The notes under the pieces: model-generated
What the model saw: only the letters and a program-made list of their open reading frames with translations
Told to the model about the DNA's origin: nothing
Databases searched by the model: none
Program-made: the position numbers and the translations under genes
Part shown: piece by piece, positions 40,341 through 43,243 of the stretch
Layout of the letters: every line of letters begins with the position of its first letter
How positions within the stretch are numbered: the stretch's first letter is position 1
NCBI GenBank assembly: GCA_903937325.1
Contig: CAIZYV010000065.1
Location: 1 to 43,243, forward strand
Length of the DNA stretch: 43,243 nt
Direction: 5' to 3'
Source of the DNA: Candidatus Falkowbacteria bacterium
Lineage (GTDB): Bacteria; Patescibacteriota; Patescibacteriia; Patescibacteriales; UBA12465

Positions 40341-43243
40341 CTAAGCGAGCACAATTTGCACGTTTAAATCACTACTTTCTAATTTAAGCTTCTTTTCGGC
40401 TAAAACCTGATCAGCTCGACCAAGCTGTAGCGAAAGAGCTAAAGTTGCTTTTTTTAATTCCGCTCCCGCCTCAATAAGCCAAGCCGACACCCCATCATCA
40501 ACTTCAATCCACACCGCAATTTTATCAGCTACAGTCAAGCCAGCTTCTTTGCGTAAAACATTAATCGTGCGAATCAATTCACGCTTGTTACCTTCAAGTT
40601 GTAATTCCGGCGTTATCACGGTATCTAAAACTAGACTCAACTTATCTTCTCCACCCTTCCACACAATCTGACTGACATTCAACTCAGCAGCAATAAGAAG
40701 TTGATAATCCATCGGCAATTCGCCGCCACCGGTAAATTCTGCCTGATGAAGCATTTGTCTAATCTTTATACCGGCTGTATCGCGAGCAGCTAAACCTTGC
40801 TCCACCGCTTGACGAGCCAGAGCCATCGCCGTTAATCCTGCTTCTTCGTCCTTATTTAAAACACCTAATTCCGGCCAAGTTTCCAAATGAACAGATTGAC
40901 CGCGTTGTTTCAAGCAATTTCCTGATACTTCTTGCCACAAGCGTTCAGCTATAAAAGGCAAAAAAGGAGCAATCAATTTAGCCAATGTCAAAAGGACAAA
41001 ACTAATCATTGCTAGCGCCGCCTGCTTATCATTTATATCATCACTCTTAAAGCGGTCGCGACTGCGCCGTAGATACCAGGTAGATAACTCATCAATAAAC
41101 TCAGTAATCGGCCGCATCGCTTTTGGTAGATTATAATTTTCCATCGCTGCTGTTACTTCAGTAGATAAAAATTTTAATTTCGCCAAAATCCAAGCATCTA
41201 AAATATTATTAGATGATACTTCCCGATTATCATAATCCGGAGCATAGGTCGCATAAAAACGAAAGACATTCCATAAAGTCATAACATTCTTACGTAATGC
41301 CTCCTGCACGCCATTTTCACTAAAATTAAGATTCTCCGCCTGCATAACCGGCGAAGATAATAAATAAGCGCGCAAAGCATCAGCACCGTATTTTTCCATC
41401 ACTAAAGAAGGATCGGGATAATTTTGTAGACGCTTAGACATCTTCTTGCCATCCTCAGCCAAAACAATGCCATTAACAATCACATTTTGAAAAGCATGGC
41501 CGGACATAATACCGCCGGCAATGACATGCAAATAATAGAACCAAGCACGAGTCTGATCAGCTCCCTCAGCAATAAATTGCGCCGGAAAATTATTTTCCAG
41601 TTTTTCTTTATTTTCAAAAGGGTAATGAAGTTGAGCGTAAGGCATTGATCCCGATTCAAACCAGCAATCAAGTACATCGCTTATACGTTTCATTTCACTA
41701 CCGCATTCCGCACAAGGAAAAACCAAGTGATCAACTTTATCCTTATGAATATCAGTCACTTTTTCGCCGCTTAGCTCTTCTAATTCTTTAACAGACGACA
41801 AGACGCGGTAATGACCAGACGGACATTCCCAAATCGGAATTGCACTAGCCCAAAAACGTTGGCGAGAAATAGACCAATCGCGCGCGCCCTCCAGCCAATT
41901 GCCAAAACGGCCATTTTTTATATAATCGGGCGACCAATTTATTTTCTTGGCAGTCTCTAGTAATTTATCTTTTATTTTTGTAACACCAACGAACCAGGAA
42001 GAGGTAGCATAATTTATCAAAGGAGTATCACAGCGCCAACAATGCGGATAGCTGTGCTCGTATTTTTCTTTATGAAAAAGTAAATTATGTCCGGCTAGAT
42101 ATTTAATAATTTCCACATCGGTCGCCATATGATCTTCAAGTGGCTTGACGTGCAGGCCCAGGAAATCCTTAACCTCGTCTTTAAATACACCATCTAGACC
42201 GACGTGTTGAATAAAAGGCAAAGATTCTTGTTTGCCTAAATTCATGTCATCTTCACCAAAAGCGGGAGCAATATGAACTACGCCGACGCCATCGGTCGTG
42301 GTGACAAAATCAGCCGCGTAAATTTTCCAACCATTATTATGATTTCCTAAATTAAGATCAGTAGCATAATAATCAAAAAGGGGCTTATATGATTTACCCA
42401 CCAAATCTTTACCCTTAAACTGGGCCACGATATCAACCGATTTTTCCTTAAAAATTTCTGATAAGCGTTCCTTCGCTACTATATATAATAAATTATCTGA
42501 TTTCACTTTTACATATTCAATATCCTTGCCCACGGCCAAAGCAACATTACCAATCAATGTCCAAGGAGTTGTCGTCCAAGCGAGAACATAAGTGCCCGGC
42601 TCATCAAGCAGCTCAAATTTAGCAATTACCGAAAGATCCTTAATATCTTTATAACCTTCCGTTACTTCCGACTGCGACAAAGTCGTTTCGCAGCGCGGAC
42701 AAATATGCATAGAACGATAATCTTTGTATATCAAGCCTTTATCCCACAATTTCTTAAAAACCCACCAAACCGATTCCATGAAATCAAGATCCATCGTCTT
42801 ATAAGCATTGTTAAAATCTGCCCAGCGTCCGAGGCGACCAATTACCCGCTCCCACTCATCAGCATAAGTCATCACCTTAGAGCGGCAAAGAGCATTAAAT
42901 TTATCAATACCTAAATCTTCTATTTCTTTTTTGCTCTTAGTGCCTAGCTCTTTTTCAACAATATTTTCAATCGGCAAACCATGACAGTCCCAGCCCCATT
43001 TACGAAAAACGCGATAACCACGCATTGTCTGATAGCGCGGCACAACATCCTTCATAATACTAGCGACAAGATGACCATAATGAGGGGTACCGGTGGCAAA
43101 GGGGGGGCCATCATAAAAAACATATTCTCCTTTTACTGCTTCCTTGGTTAAAGATTGATCAAAAATATGAGCATCTTGCCAAAACGTCAACACAGTTTCC
43201 TCTGCTTCCGGAAAACCAAGTTTATCTCCATCAATTCTAGGCT
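40341..43243 (-). CDS. ileS: Isoleucyl-tRNA synthetase, type 2 (eukaryote-like); the 5' end runs off the window
   Basis: HIGH motif (GTPHYGHL), KMSKS (KMSKRLQNYPDP) and a CP1 editing domain. The frame stays open upstream of the track's TTG to the window end (PRIDGDKLGFPEAEETVLTFWQ). Confidence 0.9.
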   Translation of the reverse strand, partial: PRIDGDKLGFPEAEETVLTFWQDAHIFDQSLTKEAVKGEYVFYDGPPFATGTPHYGHLVASIMKDVVPRYQTMRGYRVFRKWGWDCHGLPIENIVEKELGTKSKKEIEDLGIDKFNALCRSKVMTYADEWERVIGRLGRWADFNNAYKTMDLDFMESVWWVFKKLWDKGLIYKDYRSMHICPRCETTLSQSEVTEGYKDIKDLSVIAKFELLDEPGTYVLAWTTTPWTLIGNVALAVGKDIEYVKVKSDNLLYIVAKERLSEIFKEKSVDIVAQFKGKDLVGKSYKPLFDYYATDLNLGNHNNGWKIYAADFVTTTDGVGVVHIAPAFGEDDMNLGKQESLPFIQHVGLDGVFKDEVKDFLGLHVKPLEDHMATDVEIIKYLAGHNLLFHKEKYEHSYPHCWRCDTPLINYATSSWFVGVTKIKDKLLETAKKINWSPDYIKNGRFGNWLEGARDWSISRQRFWASAIPIWECPSGHYRVLSSVKELEELSGEKVTDIHKDKVDHLVFPCAECGSEMKRISDVLDCWFESGSMPYAQLHYPFENKEKLENNFPAQFIAEGADQTRAWFYYLHVIAGGIMSGHAFQNVIVNGIVLAEDGKKMSKRLQNYPDPSLVMEKYGADALRAYLLSSPVMQAENLNFSENGVQEALRKNVMTLWNVFRFYATYAPDYDNREVSSNNILDAWILAKLKFLSTEVTAAMENYNLPKAMRPITEFIDELSTWYLRRSRDRFKSDDINDKQAALAMISFVLLTLAKLIAPFLPFIAERLWQEVSGNCLKQRGQSVHLETWPELGVLNKDEEAGLTAMALARQAVEQGLAARDTAGIKIRQMLHQAEFTGGGELPMDYQLLIAAELNVSQIVWKGGEDKLSLVLDTVITPELQLEGNKRELIRTINVLRKEAGLTVADKIAVWIEVDDGVSAWLIEAGAELKKATLALSLQLGRADQVLAEKKLKLESSDLNVQIVLA

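Overview
The window reads as a slice of a small, AT-rich, streamlined bacterial genome. The AT-richness is judged by eye, not computed. Several traits fit a Candidate Phyla Radiation / Patescibacteria-type organism, but this is an inference. They are an archaeal-type ProRS, a type-2 IleRS, an AlaRS without C-Ala, an RpoA without alpha-CTD, ribosomal proteins with low-complexity extensions, and very short intergenic gaps. The standard genetic code applies, because RF2 is present and TGA ends several good ORFs.

I support about 46 protein genes, roughly 38 of them on the minus strand. I saw no rRNA, tRNA, CRISPR array, transposase or integrase.

Gene content from left to right:
- comEC (partial) and prfB.
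- A fused alpha/L13 ribosomal operon: infA-rpmJ-rpsM-rpsK-rpsD-rpoA-rplQ-rplM-rpsI.
- alaS, murB and an ABC exporter.
- A plus-strand two-gene orphan cassette.
- murC-murG-ftsW-mraY.
- A plus-strand operon led by a catalytically degraded PilB/GspE-like ATPase, followed by GT2, a small membrane protein, GT4 and GT4.
- A minus-strand operon: second mreB, GT4, secreted S8 protease fused to an FG-GAP propeller, UXS-like decarboxylase.
- An orphan receiver domain.
- rmlB, HIT, RmlC-like cupin and a PfkB kinase, running on directly from mreBCD.
- proS and ruvA.
- A lemA-SPFH-htpX operon extended by a lone PEP-swivel-domain protein and a NIF3-like protein.
- ileS (partial).

The best candidates for something undescribed, in order:
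1. The pseudo-ATPase-led glycosylation operon (18.1-22.5 kb).
2. The mreB-paralogue/glycosyltransferase/protease operon (22.6-28.0 kb).
3. The orphan cassette that splits murC from murB (11.6-12.9 kb).

All functional calls rest on motif recognition by eye. No database search was run.
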